Shown here one piece after another: positions 9,607 through 19,752 of a stretch of DNA of 64,000 bases. Position 1 is the first letter of the stretch. Each line of letters begins with the position of its first letter. The notes under the pieces are model-generated. The model did no database searches, was not told the origin of the DNA, and worked only from the letters and a program-made list of their open reading frames with translations. Origin of the DNA: Candidatus Poribacteria bacterium (GTDB taxonomy: Bacteria; Poribacteria; WGA-4E; WGA-3G); contig CAXXLX010000001.1 in the NCBI GenBank assembly GCA_963665235.2, positions 2,528,001 through 2,592,000 of the forward strand, written 5' to 3'. The translations under genes were made by a program, and so were the position numbers.

Positions 9607-10944
9607 ATGCGTAATCTTTTTTATCCGATTGGTGGCGGAAATGAAATTGGAGCGAGCTGTTATTTCATTGCATTAAACGGTGACAAGCTGCTCCTGGATT
9701 CCGGCATTCGGTTGCACTCAGATACAAATTATCCGCGTTTCGCTTCGCTTTACGCAGAAAACCTGCTTGATGGTTTATGGGAATTAGACACAATTCTACT
9801 GTCCCATGGGCATCTCGATCATGTGGGGTCGCTCCCTGCTGTCGTTGAGGAAGCATCGGATGTGCCAATTTATGCCACGGTTCCAACGCGGGATATTATG
9901 GAACTACAATTGAACCAACCGCTGCAAACGGATGAGGCGTTCATGGATTTTCATGAAGTGAAACTGTTTAATCAGGAAAGGGTGCAACGTGCTATTGATA
10001 AGGTGCTGCCGAAGGAATGGTATCAACCTATTCCGTTGAACAATTGTCTTGTGTCCTTCTTTCCTGCTGGTCACATTCTCGGAGCATCTATGATTTATAT
10101 TGCCTCCGAGGCGGGGAATGTCCTATTTACAGGCGATTTTACGCACTTCGATCAGAAAACTGTTGCGCGCTATCAACTTCCTGACAACCTGGAAGTTGAC
10201 CTACTGATTACGGAATCTACTTACGGCTATCAGGATGCCGCCTATGCTGAAAATGTGGATACAGAGCGCGAAATATTCGCTGACAAAATTGAGAAATGTT
10301 TAGAGAAAGGCGGAAGCGTGCTGATTCCGGCGTTTGCAATCGGGCGAAGCCAAGAACTTGCCCTCATTTTACAAGAATTAGTACAAGAGGAACGTTTAAA
10401 ACCTTTCCCAATTCGGATTGATGGTCTTGCACAAGTCGCCTGCGAAATCTACGAGGCGAACGGGGTTAAGGTCTTCGGACGTGATGTCGAAAAGGCACCA
10501 GCGGGTTTAGCTGAAACCATGGACGTTTTTAACGGGGTGATTATTGCCAGCTCTGGGATGCTACTAGACAACAGTGCCTCCGCACGTTATGCAGAGAAAT
10601 TGCTGCCGGACCCCCGCAACTCTCTCTTTTTTAGTGGTTACTTGGATGAAGAGAGTCCGGGCAAACGGCTCTCACATCTTTATCAAAATAGGAGCGAACG
10701 GTTTCATCTCAACAAAAAAACGGTCCCTGTTCACGCGGATGTGGATACCTATCGCCTCTCGGCACACACTAACTGCGGCGGTATCCTTGAACTTATTGAA
10801 AAAGTTAATCCCAAAAAGGTGGTGTTCGTCCACGGATATCCACAATATGGGACAGAAATTAACGTATATAGTCAAACGTCCCGGCAATTCCATGGAAAAA
10901 TAGAGGTATATCAAGCAAACAACGGCACCCCTATCTATTTTTGA
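9607..10944 (+). CDS. Beta-CASP metallo-beta-lactamase-fold nuclease
   Basis: GGGNEIGASC, SHGHLDH, AGHILG, TGDF, ESTYG, PAFAIGRSQE, LSAH and FVHG motifs. Confidence 0.9.
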   Translation: MRNLFYPIGGGNEIGASCYFIALNGDKLLLDSGIRLHSDTNYPRFASLYAENLLDGLWELDTILLSHGHLDHVGSLPAVVEEASDVPIYATVPTRDIMELQLNQPLQTDEAFMDFHEVKLFNQERVQRAIDKVLPKEWYQPIPLNNCLVSFFPAGHILGASMIYIASEAGNVLFTGDFTHFDQKTVARYQLPDNLEVDLLITESTYGYQDAAYAENVDTEREIFADKIEKCLEKGGSVLIPAFAIGRSQELALILQELVQEERLKPFPIRIDGLAQVACEIYEANGVKVFGRDVEKAPAGLAETMDVFNGVIIASSGMLLDNSASARYAEKLLPDPRNSLFFSGYLDEESPGKRLSHLYQNRSERFHLNKKTVPVHADVDTYRLSAHTNCGGILELIEKVNPKKVVFVHGYPQYGTEINVYSQTSRQFHGKIEVYQANNGTPIYF

Positions 10945-11066
10945 CGAAAAGCGGGATGGGCGCAAAATTCAATGAGAAACACGATAGGCACAAATCTCTG
11001 GCGTTGGCACGAATAGATAGAAAAACAGATAAATTTGCTTTTCATACACATTTATGTTATACTTTA

Positions 11067-11445
11067 CTAAACTTTGGACAATTTTAGGGTGTGTAAAGTC
11101 AAAGGGATAGATGGAAGGGTGGAAGAGTGGAAGGGTGGATTTCACGTGTGTTGTCTGAATCACGGAAGGCACGGAGAACGCAGAGAACGCGGAATGGAAG
11201 GTGCGGAACAATCAAAGGTTTGTGGTTATAGATTAGGGTGTTGTTCTTTCTATAAACATACCGCCCCGCTGGGGCTATTTTGTGGTGTGGTTGCGTTTTC
11301 TATAAAGATACCGCCCCTACGGGGTTATGCTTTTGCACATTGGAGTCTCTTTTCTACTGTTTGTGTTTGTGTGAGAAACTTAGAGAAAAATCAGAAATGC
11401 TTTGAAAATCGGGCATCAGGCTCACTGATATTGTCCAAACTATAG
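11067..11445. mobile_element. 379-bp non-autonomous element with 9-bp target duplication
   Basis: TIRs CTAAACTTTGGACAAT / ATTGTCCAAACTATAG. Direct repeat TATACTTTA at 11058-11066 and 11446-11454. Contains two REP-like units at about 11245-11330. Confidence 0.8.
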
Positions 11446-11495
11446 TATACTTTAGTAATGGCACTCAACTACCAAACCCTTCTGGGGCAAATTAT

Positions 11496-12008
11496 GTGAT
11501 AAAGGCGGTCGCTTGTAGGATGGACAATAATCCGCTTTCTACAGACACGGATTCTTACAAGCTCGTAGTCTGGAAGCCGGTGATAAGACAGGGTGTAGAT
11601 AGGATCGATGTTTATGGGTACGCAGAGCTCACAAAACAGTACTACGACAACGGCGTGATAACTACATCGCAGTATGTCCACGCTCGTGGCGGTTCCCGGG
11701 GTGGTGATCTTTTCTGGCGGTTCATGCATGAGGTCCGAGGGCCCAACGGCGGTCGAATCGGTTTTGAGCAGGAGGAATTAAAGGACGAGAATGGGGTCGC
11801 TGCACTTTTCAAGTTAGCCCCCGGTGCTTCGTATACTTCACCTACGGTAGACCTCTCCATTTCCCTACCAATGTTAGCAGGAGAATACACCTCAAAGGCG
11901 TATGTGAACCTCGAAGTCGAAGGGACTGAAATCAATGCGGAAGGCAAGAAACTTAAGGTAAAAGACAGCTGGCCCGTTACGAACGAAAAGAAGTTCAAAC
12001 AAGAATAA
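11496..12008 (+). CDS. Hypothetical protein (start uncertain; possible frameshift from ATG 11458)
   Basis: 170-aa ORF of coding-like composition with no RBS at the GTG start. Confidence 0.6.
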   Translation: MIKAVACRMDNNPLSTDTDSYKLVVWKPVIRQGVDRIDVYGYAELTKQYYDNGVITTSQYVHARGGSRGGDLFWRFMHEVRGPNGGRIGFEQEELKDENGVAALFKLAPGASYTSPTVDLSISLPMLAGEYTSKAYVNLEVEGTEINAEGKKLKVKDSWPVTNEKKFKQE

Positions 12009-12012
12009 CCTT

Positions 12013-12040
12013 AGGGGGCGGGTGTCTTCACCCGCCCCCT
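12013..12040. repeat. Perfect GC-rich hairpin AGGGGGCGGGTG-TCTT-CACCCGCCCCCT
   Basis: 12-bp stem in an intergenic gap with no U-tract. Confidence 0.7.
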
Positions 12041-12059
12041 TCCTAAAAGGAGTGGAGCA

Positions 12060-13202
12060 ATGCCTAGATGGACAGCAACCTTAGGGTTTCTCCTCTGTTT
12101 CGTATCTATTGTGAGTGCGAAAATCGTCTTTACGTCAAATCGCAATAGCGATGACAAAGACAATTACGACATCTATTTGATGGACGATGATGGTGGCAAC
12201 CTCCAGCAACTCACGCATACACAACTGAGCGAGCGGCATCCACGATGGTCCCCCGATGGCAGACAGATTGTTTTCAGACGGCAAGTGCATCCATTTGATT
12301 CGCAAAGATGGCACCTGTTCATCATGAATGCGGATGGCACAAATGAACGGCAACTCACGGAACCTCATAAGGATGGCAGAGATAATGTCCCCGTGTTTTT
12401 CCCGGATGGGAAGCGGCTTCTTTTTGTGCGGTATATGTCTCACGATGATGCCCCTGACGCGCACACCATCAATGTGATGAACCTCGCCACAGGAACTATC
12501 AAAAAAATCGCTGACTTTGGCGTAAACTTTCCCGATGTGTCCCCAGATGGTAAGCATATTGTCTACGGTGATATACATGGGGCGGGGGGCAACGGCGGAA
12601 GTAATATCGGATTGATGAACACAGATGGGGACGATGTGTCTGAACTCCTGCCATCCCCTCCAGAAAAACCCACGACACTGAGAGGGATGCCAAGATGGTC
12701 CCCGGATGGCAAGCAAATCCTATATACCGAAAGTCAGTATAACATTGTTCGCTTCAAGAACACGGTTGCCTACGAAGCAATAGGGCATCTATACCGGATA
12801 TGCAATCGGGATGGCACCCCCCATCGCAGATTGAATATCCCGAAGAATAGGACACCCGCCGGCTTAGCTTGGATGGATAACGGAAAGGCGATACTTTATA
12901 GCGTAGGTGAAGTGGAACTGAACAAAGCCCCGGAGAAAGTCGTGGGGAGTTATAATATCTATAAATATGAGATTGCCCCCGGTCAAAACACACCGCTGAC
13001 AACGCATCCCGCAAACGACAAGTATGCGGATTGGATAAGTGATAGGGTGTATTCGGTGTCGCCCGCAGAAAAAAAACTTATGCAATGGGGAGGACTCAAG
13101 TCGCTTTTACTGCCTATGTCCCGTGTGGGATTCGACGTGTTTTTGCGAGACGTGTGCCTTTTCCGCGTGTTCAGAACTTTCACCGGACTGTCCAGAAAAT
13201 AA
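12060..13202 (+). CDS. Secreted PD40/TolB-like beta-propeller protein
   Basis: Signal peptide, KIVFTSNR and repeated PRWSPDG motifs. Confidence 0.88.
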   Translation: MPRWTATLGFLLCFVSIVSAKIVFTSNRNSDDKDNYDIYLMDDDGGNLQQLTHTQLSERHPRWSPDGRQIVFRRQVHPFDSQRWHLFIMNADGTNERQLTEPHKDGRDNVPVFFPDGKRLLFVRYMSHDDAPDAHTINVMNLATGTIKKIADFGVNFPDVSPDGKHIVYGDIHGAGGNGGSNIGLMNTDGDDVSELLPSPPEKPTTLRGMPRWSPDGKQILYTESQYNIVRFKNTVAYEAIGHLYRICNRDGTPHRRLNIPKNRTPAGLAWMDNGKAILYSVGEVELNKAPEKVVGSYNIYKYEIAPGQNTPLTTHPANDKYADWISDRVYSVSPAEKKLMQWGGLKSLLLPMSRVGFDVFLRDVCLFRVFRTFTGLSRK

Positions 13203-13626
13203 ACAGTCGCGTCTCTCTACTTGAACACAGGATTTGCTATGGTTCTACACTGTGAGTGTGTTAAACGTGATAGGGTATTTCTGAAGGTTTGAACGGGCAA
13301 TGAATGGTATCTCTTACTAAACACTGCTCTGTACACAAAAACACAAAAACTACATAGTAAATATTATGCTTCAAGTTGCTACCTAGCTGTCCTTGTCCGT
13401 CCAAATCAACGCTGAATGCGCGTATGGCATTCAGCGGGTTGAAGAAGTCCAATCCGACAATGGCTATTGACTTATGGCCTCGCTGGCTATTGGCTTATGG
13501 CTAATAGCAAGAGGAAGAAACAAAGAGAAAGAGAAATCTAACGCGCGGGATACCGCGTTCTGTAATCACAACATCTTGCCAATTGCTAATTGCTAATTGC
13601 CAATCGCCAATAATAGGAGATATAAT

Positions 13627-14775
13627 GTGGAACTAGAGATTAACGAATTAATAGAGAGATATCGGCACAAATCCAAGAGCCAAACGAAAGACTTAGTCAA
13701 AGCGCAAATTCACAATTATGAATTGGTCCGCGTTGTTCTAGATGCCCCCGGACGGCAGCCTAACGAATTTGTGAAACAACTGGAAAAGGCGATGAACGTT
13801 AGCAGAATCCCTTTTCGCGTTACCCGGCAACTTGATAGGAACCAAATTGACCGACCGCAAAAACGTATCGTGTGGGCCCAGCATGTAGCAGAAGCCGCAC
13901 AGGACCTGTGGGAGTTCTCACTTGAAACGGCAATAAGTGTTGACTATAACGTTCTTTATGAACGTCTCACAGACATTGTGGCGGCCCAAGAAGACACACA
14001 AACCAAAATTGAACCGAAGGCAATCCTTTATCTCTTCAGTCTCGAGCTCGCGGACACGGTCATCTACAAACAGGCTCTAGAGGAAACGGTTCGGCTCGCC
14101 AATTTTGCACAGACAAAGGCCCTCTTGAAGGAACTCGTTGAACTCATTGCAACGGAACGCGGAGTTGTTGAGAGAAAGTCGGCGCATGAACGGGCAATCG
14201 GAGGTATCGCTGGGACTCAAGCACTCATCCAATCCCTAACCCGCGAAAGCGAACCGGTCGTACACGACAGTGAAACGGTAGATTCCGTGTGGCAGGAACG
14301 GCTTGCACATGAAAACGATGACCTTCGCGCCGCGGCAGAAATCGCACAACATCAACTAGAAGCGCTGCAAGAAGAATTGGAGCATATCCGGCATGAAGCG
14401 AAGCAGGAAGCTGTCATTACATTTTTTCAAGAGATGAATTCTGTCAAAAATAGTCATCTCCTTGACCAATTTCAAACCGCCGAGGTGCTCCTTAAAAAGC
14501 TGCGTCAACAAGGAATTGAGATTCCTAAAGAGGCTGAGCTCATTCCTGCGCTTATCGCAATGTTCAGCCGCTTCCTTAAAACGCAGGGAATCCATCCCAA
14601 AGCCTTAATCGGTGAGAAAAAGGAGATAACGCTCCAAGAATCAGACGAATACGAATACATCGGCACCGATTTTGAGAGCGATGTTGACCGGAAAACTGTT
14701 CAAGTCCAAACAGGAGGTTGGATATTTGGGGAAACGCTCATCTCTAAACCGAAGGCGACCGAAATTCAGGAGTAA
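13627..14775 (+). CDS. Coiled-coil protein with GrpE-like C-terminus
   Basis: RBS AGGAG before GTG 13627. Coiled coil followed by VQVQTGGWIFGETLISKPKA, resembling the GrpE beta-domain. Directly upstream of an Hsp70. Confidence 0.65.
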   Translation: MELEINELIERYRHKSKSQTKDLVKAQIHNYELVRVVLDAPGRQPNEFVKQLEKAMNVSRIPFRVTRQLDRNQIDRPQKRIVWAQHVAEAAQDLWEFSLETAISVDYNVLYERLTDIVAAQEDTQTKIEPKAILYLFSLELADTVIYKQALEETVRLANFAQTKALLKELVELIATERGVVERKSAHERAIGGIAGTQALIQSLTRESEPVVHDSETVDSVWQERLAHENDDLRAAAEIAQHQLEALQEELEHIRHEAKQEAVITFFQEMNSVKNSHLLDQFQTAEVLLKKLRQQGIEIPKEAELIPALIAMFSRFLKTQGIHPKALIGEKKEITLQESDEYEYIGTDFESDVDRKTVQVQTGGWIFGETLISKPKATEIQE

Positions 14776-14912
14776 AGCGATAGATTTTTCCATTTGTAGT
14801 TGTTCAACGAAACTACTAGAAAACGCTAGAGGTCAAAACTTTTTTTCAAACTCACGTTAAACAAAACAACTGACAACCTGAAATTTGTCAGCATCAAGAA
14901 AGGGGGCAAACA

Positions 14913-17900
14913 GTGAAATACTGGGTGATTGCACCAATGGAGTCTACGACTCCAGAAGAGCTGTTCACACATGCGTGGAATTACGACATCCAGAACGGCA
15001 CACTCGCTGTAGGGTGGCAGACCACGCAACCGAAATTGCAAGACATTTCTCAAATCGCCAATTTTGAAGACTTTTTAACCGAAATTGCAGCAGCTGACCC
15101 CGGATGGGGGGCCCGCGCGCCGAAAATGATATGGGACTTTCACGACACTATTGAGGAAGGCGATATCATCTTTGCAAGACGCGGTTTAAATCAGATACTC
15201 GGAATCGGGCTCGTGACCCAAAAAGCGTCCTACGATGCAGAAAAAGGCTACGAACGTATTGGCACTTCCGGGCCTCTCTCGGAAAGCCTTCAACAGCACT
15301 TTAGACCCCGGTTTATAGAAATCGCATGGCAGGTTACCGGAAGTTTTCCCGCTAAATTGGCATGGCGACGGACAGTTCAAGAAATTACTGATGTCCAATG
15401 CAGCCAGCTCATCACGGAACTCCAAGCGCATCTCACTGATGCACAATATCAAGAGATACAAGCAGCACTTACTGAGGAAACGACACCTTCACACGTAGAA
15501 GAACCAGCTCCACAGGAGGAGGCTACCCCCGCTACTAGCGAGGAAAGCGTGGCGGAAGACCAAAAGCTGCCTCCACTTGAATCTACAGATGCACCATTCC
15601 GTAGCTGGGAACAGTCCTCGGAAACGGCGGACCAAAAAGAGGTACCCGCTGAACCAACAACGATTCCAGCCGACACACCAAAGACTACGGTCCCAATACG
15701 CGACGTGCCGACACCTAAACCCGATACGTCAGCAGAGCCTAAAAAACCTAATTTTTATATCGGAATTGACCTCGGGACAACTAATTCGGTGATGGGATGG
15801 GGCACTATCAACCCACAGACAAATCAGATTGAACCGAAGATTGTTGAAATCAACATGATGATAGAACGCGGGGGGATAGGCAAACGTGAACTATTGCCCT
15901 CTTGTATCTATTTCAAAGAGGGGAGCCGTCCAATCGTCGGTGAGTATGCAAAAACGATGATCGGCCGGCAGACAGCACGCGTAGTCAAGTCTATCAAAAG
16001 CGAGATAGGCTCTCAAAAATATCACGATTTTGACAATACGCGCTATACCCCAGCAGAGATTTCAGCACAAATTCTCACACACTTAGCAACAAGCGCAAAA
16101 TCACACTTCGGGTTTATTCCTGACGATGTCGTTATCACGGTCCCCGCATCGTTTGATTCCGATATGCGTAACGCAACCATTGAAGCAGCAAAACTCACAG
16201 GTTTCCGAACGACAGAAGATGATGGCAGCCCACGCAACATCTTACTCGATGAACCGCGTGCTGCACTTTACGATTTTATCAACCGACAGAATAAAGGTGA
16301 AATTCCTGAGACGCTTATCAATTTTCACGAACCCAAACTGGTACTCGTTTTCGATCTCGGGGGCGGAACCCTTGACGTATCCCTACATCGGGTTTCGTAT
16401 CAACAGACGGAACACGGGTTGAATATCGAAGATTTAGCTATCTCCCGCTATACGAGAATTGGTGGAGATGATTTTGACCAGAAACTTGCTGACCACTTCC
16501 TCGCAGCTTATGAAAACAAAATTCCTGAAAATCTAGATGACTTCCAGAAAAACCTCCTCAGCAGCACTTTCCGAGAATACGCTGAACAGGCAAAAATCGA
16601 TATCAGCAGTGAAATCGAAAACGGAAAACTTCTGGGATATCTGGAGCTTGATACCGTCGAGACAACGATTATCCAAACGCCTTTCGAAAATCAGGTCTTC
16701 CAATATGACCTCTCCTTAACCGAATACGAGGAAATTGTAGAACCGCTGCTCGGTAATAAGCTCTCTTTGGAAGATGTGGAAAAGGTTGACACCCTGCAAT
16801 TTAACGATGATAACATCATTTATCCGATTCTGGATGTGTTGAAAAAGGCACAACTCAAAATTGGTGAATACCCGAAAGTTGATGCTGTCCTCTTAAACGG
16901 TGGAATGACCAAACTTCATACAATTCAGAATCGGTTGGAAACCTTTTTCGGATTTCCACCTATCGCGGCTGGCGACCCAGATAAAGCTGTTGCGCGCGGT
17001 GCAGTTGTTTATCACTACGACCTGCACCGAGGCATAAAACCCTCCCGGATTTTGAATGACACAATCGGCATCGAAATCACCGGCGGCACGGTCAAACACC
17101 TAGTGGAAGCTGGGACTATCCTCCCGTTATCGCAACCGAAACCTATCGAAGGATTACAGGTAAGCGTCGACGCGCATTACTTAAAACTCCCGTTCTATGT
17201 CGGAAGTCGAACAGACACGAAACCACCTAATCGACGTATCCTTGAGCGAAGAGTGAAATTCGAAAGCCAAAGACCTTTTCTGAAAGATGAACCTATCTTT
17301 ATCCAAGTACAGGTCGATGAAAGAGGTATTTTGAATGTTGAGGGATGGTCCAAAGATAATCCGGCTGACAAATTTACCGTTACCGTAGATGCGGCACAGT
17401 CGCCCGCAGAAACAACGCTCCTGAGACCCGACCAGGCAACCCCTGCGATTGGCACCGTTTCCACGGAATCGACACCTACACGGCAGGTCACCGCCCTCAA
17501 CTTGGACATCAGAGAAGAACTCATCGAAATGCGGAAGCATTATAGCAATTACATGCGAACACACCGCAAGGATGTAATTATGGCGCAGATTAAAAGGCAA
17601 AGCACTAAGGTTGCACGCGCTGAGAATGCCCAAGAGTTCATCAAACCTTTAATCGATACGGTCCAAACTGTCAATAATTTTGGGCGCTCGCGAATCATGA
17701 TTTTGCTCGGGGAACTCGCAGCACGGTGTGCAACGCCTGACCAACTTTATGATATTTGCGACGCTGCGACCTTCCTGAGCAACCCGATAGAGTTGAAATA
17801 TAAGCACCCAAAAGTTATCAACAGTGTTGTCAGATATGCTGTTGAAGCTATTGGAAAAACACAACTCTCGCTTGCTGAATCGCACCTCATTCAACTGCTG

Positions 17901-18425
17901 AATCAGGAGAAGGCGACCTCTATCCAATCAAGCGTTATCTATTCAATGGGGAAATGTTGTCATAGCCTCAACGCTATTGAACACTTAAAACCGCTGATTC
18001 AGGCGGCGAGTGATTCAACGCGTATCGCTGTCAATTGGACCTTCGGAAAAATCGGCAGCCGAGAACGGAAAAATCCCATTCCCATTAACCAGATGGACTC
18101 GGTTATCAGCGCACTTATCAAACAGCTGAAGACTGAACGACATGTCGATGTAAAACGGAACGGTATTTATGCCCTCGGCGAAATTTGTGATCGCCGCGAA
18201 TGCACAACCGATAGTGTAGGGGAAGAAACAGCAGCGTCTGTTATAACCCTCCTTGAAACTTTCACTAAACCTAGCAACTTCGGGACAAGCCTATCCGATT
18301 TAAGCTCCATGCAACAGTCGAAAACACTTCAGCGGTTCGCAGGTGTCTCTACACAGATGATAAAAGGTATCGAACTATCGCACGAACAACAATCCAGCCT
18401 ATTGACAATTCGGGAAGAAAATTAA
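14913..18425 (+). CDS. Atypical Hsp70-family protein with N-terminal EVE/McrB-N-like domain and C-terminal HEAT-like repeats
   Basis: GIDLGTTNS, VITVPASF, DEPRAA, VFDLGGGTLDVS, GGDDFD and PDKAVARGA motifs, starting about 280 aa into the protein. Confidence 0.9.
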   Translation: MKYWVIAPMESTTPEELFTHAWNYDIQNGTLAVGWQTTQPKLQDISQIANFEDFLTEIAAADPGWGARAPKMIWDFHDTIEEGDIIFARRGLNQILGIGLVTQKASYDAEKGYERIGTSGPLSESLQQHFRPRFIEIAWQVTGSFPAKLAWRRTVQEITDVQCSQLITELQAHLTDAQYQEIQAALTEETTPSHVEEPAPQEEATPATSEESVAEDQKLPPLESTDAPFRSWEQSSETADQKEVPAEPTTIPADTPKTTVPIRDVPTPKPDTSAEPKKPNFYIGIDLGTTNSVMGWGTINPQTNQIEPKIVEINMMIERGGIGKRELLPSCIYFKEGSRPIVGEYAKTMIGRQTARVVKSIKSEIGSQKYHDFDNTRYTPAEISAQILTHLATSAKSHFGFIPDDVVITVPASFDSDMRNATIEAAKLTGFRTTEDDGSPRNILLDEPRAALYDFINRQNKGEIPETLINFHEPKLVLVFDLGGGTLDVSLHRVSYQQTEHGLNIEDLAISRYTRIGGDDFDQKLADHFLAAYENKIPENLDDFQKNLLSSTFREYAEQAKIDISSEIENGKLLGYLELDTVETTIIQTPFENQVFQYDLSLTEYEEIVEPLLGNKLSLEDVEKVDTLQFNDDNIIYPILDVLKKAQLKIGEYPKVDAVLLNGGMTKLHTIQNRLETFFGFPPIAAGDPDKAVARGAVVYHYDLHRGIKPSRILNDTIGIEITGGTVKHLVEAGTILPLSQPKPIEGLQVSVDAHYLKLPFYVGSRTDTKPPNRRILERRVKFESQRPFLKDEPIFIQVQVDERGILNVEGWSKDNPADKFTVTVDAAQSPAETTLLRPDQATPAIGTVSTESTPTRQVTALNLDIREELIEMRKHYSNYMRTHRKDVIMAQIKRQSTKVARAENAQEFIKPLIDTVQTVNNFGRSRIMILLGELAARCATPDQLYDICDAATFLSNPIELKYKHPKVINSVVRYAVEAIGKTQLSLAESHLIQLLNQEKATSIQSSVIYSMGKCCHSLNAIEHLKPLIQAASDSTRIAVNWTFGKIGSRERKNPIPINQMDSVISALIKQLKTERHVDVKRNGIYALGEICDRRECTTDSVGEETAASVITLLETFTKPSNFGTSLSDLSSMQQSKTLQRFAGVSTQMIKGIELSHEQQSSLLTIREEN

Positions 18426-18452
18426 GCAGGTGTTTCTGAATGGAGGCTCAAA

Positions 18453-19661
18453 ATGGCAATTTTAGCAATAAATGGCGGAAAACCGGTACGTACGAGCCCT
18501 TTTCCTACATGGCCAGTGCTTGATCCCACCGACTTAGCAGAATTTGAGCACATATACAACAGTAGAAAGTGGGGGGTTGGCGGTACAAGGGTTCCAGAAT
18601 TTGAGAAACAGTTTGCTGAATTCCACGGGGCAAACTACGGTGTTTGTGTCAATAGTGGCACCTCGGCACTCTATATCGCCCTGAAAGCTGCCGGCATTTG
18701 CCCCGGCGATGAGGTCATTACCACGGCTTATACATTTCAAGCCACAGTCGTCGCTATTCTGATGACCCATGCTGTGCCAATTTTTGTGGACACTGCTCCT
18801 GATAGCTTTCTCTTAGATGTTACCAAAGTTGAAGCTGCGGTAACTGAAAAAACGAAAGCAATTTTGCCGGTTCACATTGCAGGGTATCCAGCTGATTTGG
18901 ATGGTCTCGTTAGTATTGCTACGGAGCATGACCTCAAGATTATTGAAGATTGTGCACAAGCACACGGGGCTGAATGGCGTGGACAAGGCGTGGGTAGCTG
19001 GGGACATTTCGGTTGCTTCAGCTTCCAATCATCCAAAAACCTTTGTGCAGGTGAAGGCGGTATCGTCCTGATGAACGACAGAGCGCTCTATGAACGCGCT
19101 TGGGCATTACACAACTGCGGCCGCACCACGCCTCACGCTGAATTCGGTAACTTGGAGCCGTTCGGCGGAAATTTCAGGATGACAGAGTGGCAGGCGGGTA
19201 TTCTCCTCTCACGTTTAACGCGGCTTGAAGCGGAAACAAATCACCGACACATGAATATGCGGTGGTTGGATGGTTGGTTCGGTGAGATTCCGGGCATTAA
19301 GGTCACCCCGATTGACCCGCGGGCAACACGAGGTGGCTGCCACGGGTATAAGGCTATCTTTGATTCCGAAGAGTTCGAAGGAATTTCACGCGAACAGTTT
19401 ATCAGCGCGATGCGCGCGGAAGGAATACCTATCGGATACTGGTACACTACACCGATGTATCGAGCAGCCTTTCTAAAATCTAACCTCTTTGGAGACACCC
19501 TGGATTATTCTGAAGTTCATTGCCCCGAAACCGAGAAACTGTGCCAAACAGGTATTGCCCTCGGTCAAAACGTGTTAATGGGGACAGAGGAAGATATGGA
19601 GGACATCATTAAAGCATCGATTAAAATCAGACGGAACGTGGCGGAACTAAAAGCGGATTGA
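18453..19661 (+). CDS. DegT/DnrJ/EryC1/StrS aminotransferase
   Basis: NSGTSAL, EDCAQAHG and FSFQSSKNLCAGEGG motifs. Confidence 0.92.
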   Translation: MAILAINGGKPVRTSPFPTWPVLDPTDLAEFEHIYNSRKWGVGGTRVPEFEKQFAEFHGANYGVCVNSGTSALYIALKAAGICPGDEVITTAYTFQATVVAILMTHAVPIFVDTAPDSFLLDVTKVEAAVTEKTKAILPVHIAGYPADLDGLVSIATEHDLKIIEDCAQAHGAEWRGQGVGSWGHFGCFSFQSSKNLCAGEGGIVLMNDRALYERAWALHNCGRTTPHAEFGNLEPFGGNFRMTEWQAGILLSRLTRLEAETNHRHMNMRWLDGWFGEIPGIKVTPIDPRATRGGCHGYKAIFDSEEFEGISREQFISAMRAEGIPIGYWYTTPMYRAAFLKSNLFGDTLDYSEVHCPETEKLCQTGIALGQNVLMGTEEDMEDIIKASIKIRRNVAELKAD

Positions 19662-19752
19662 TAAAAAAATGAATTGGACGAAATTTTTTACTATCCTTTT
19701 TAGGCTTGGAAGACTCTATAATATCAAACCCTATAAAAAGGAGATTTATCAA

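Noticed and set aside
14913-18425. Housekeeping dnaK
   Set aside because: Far too long, carries extra domains, is divergent, and no dnaJ or hrcA is nearby.
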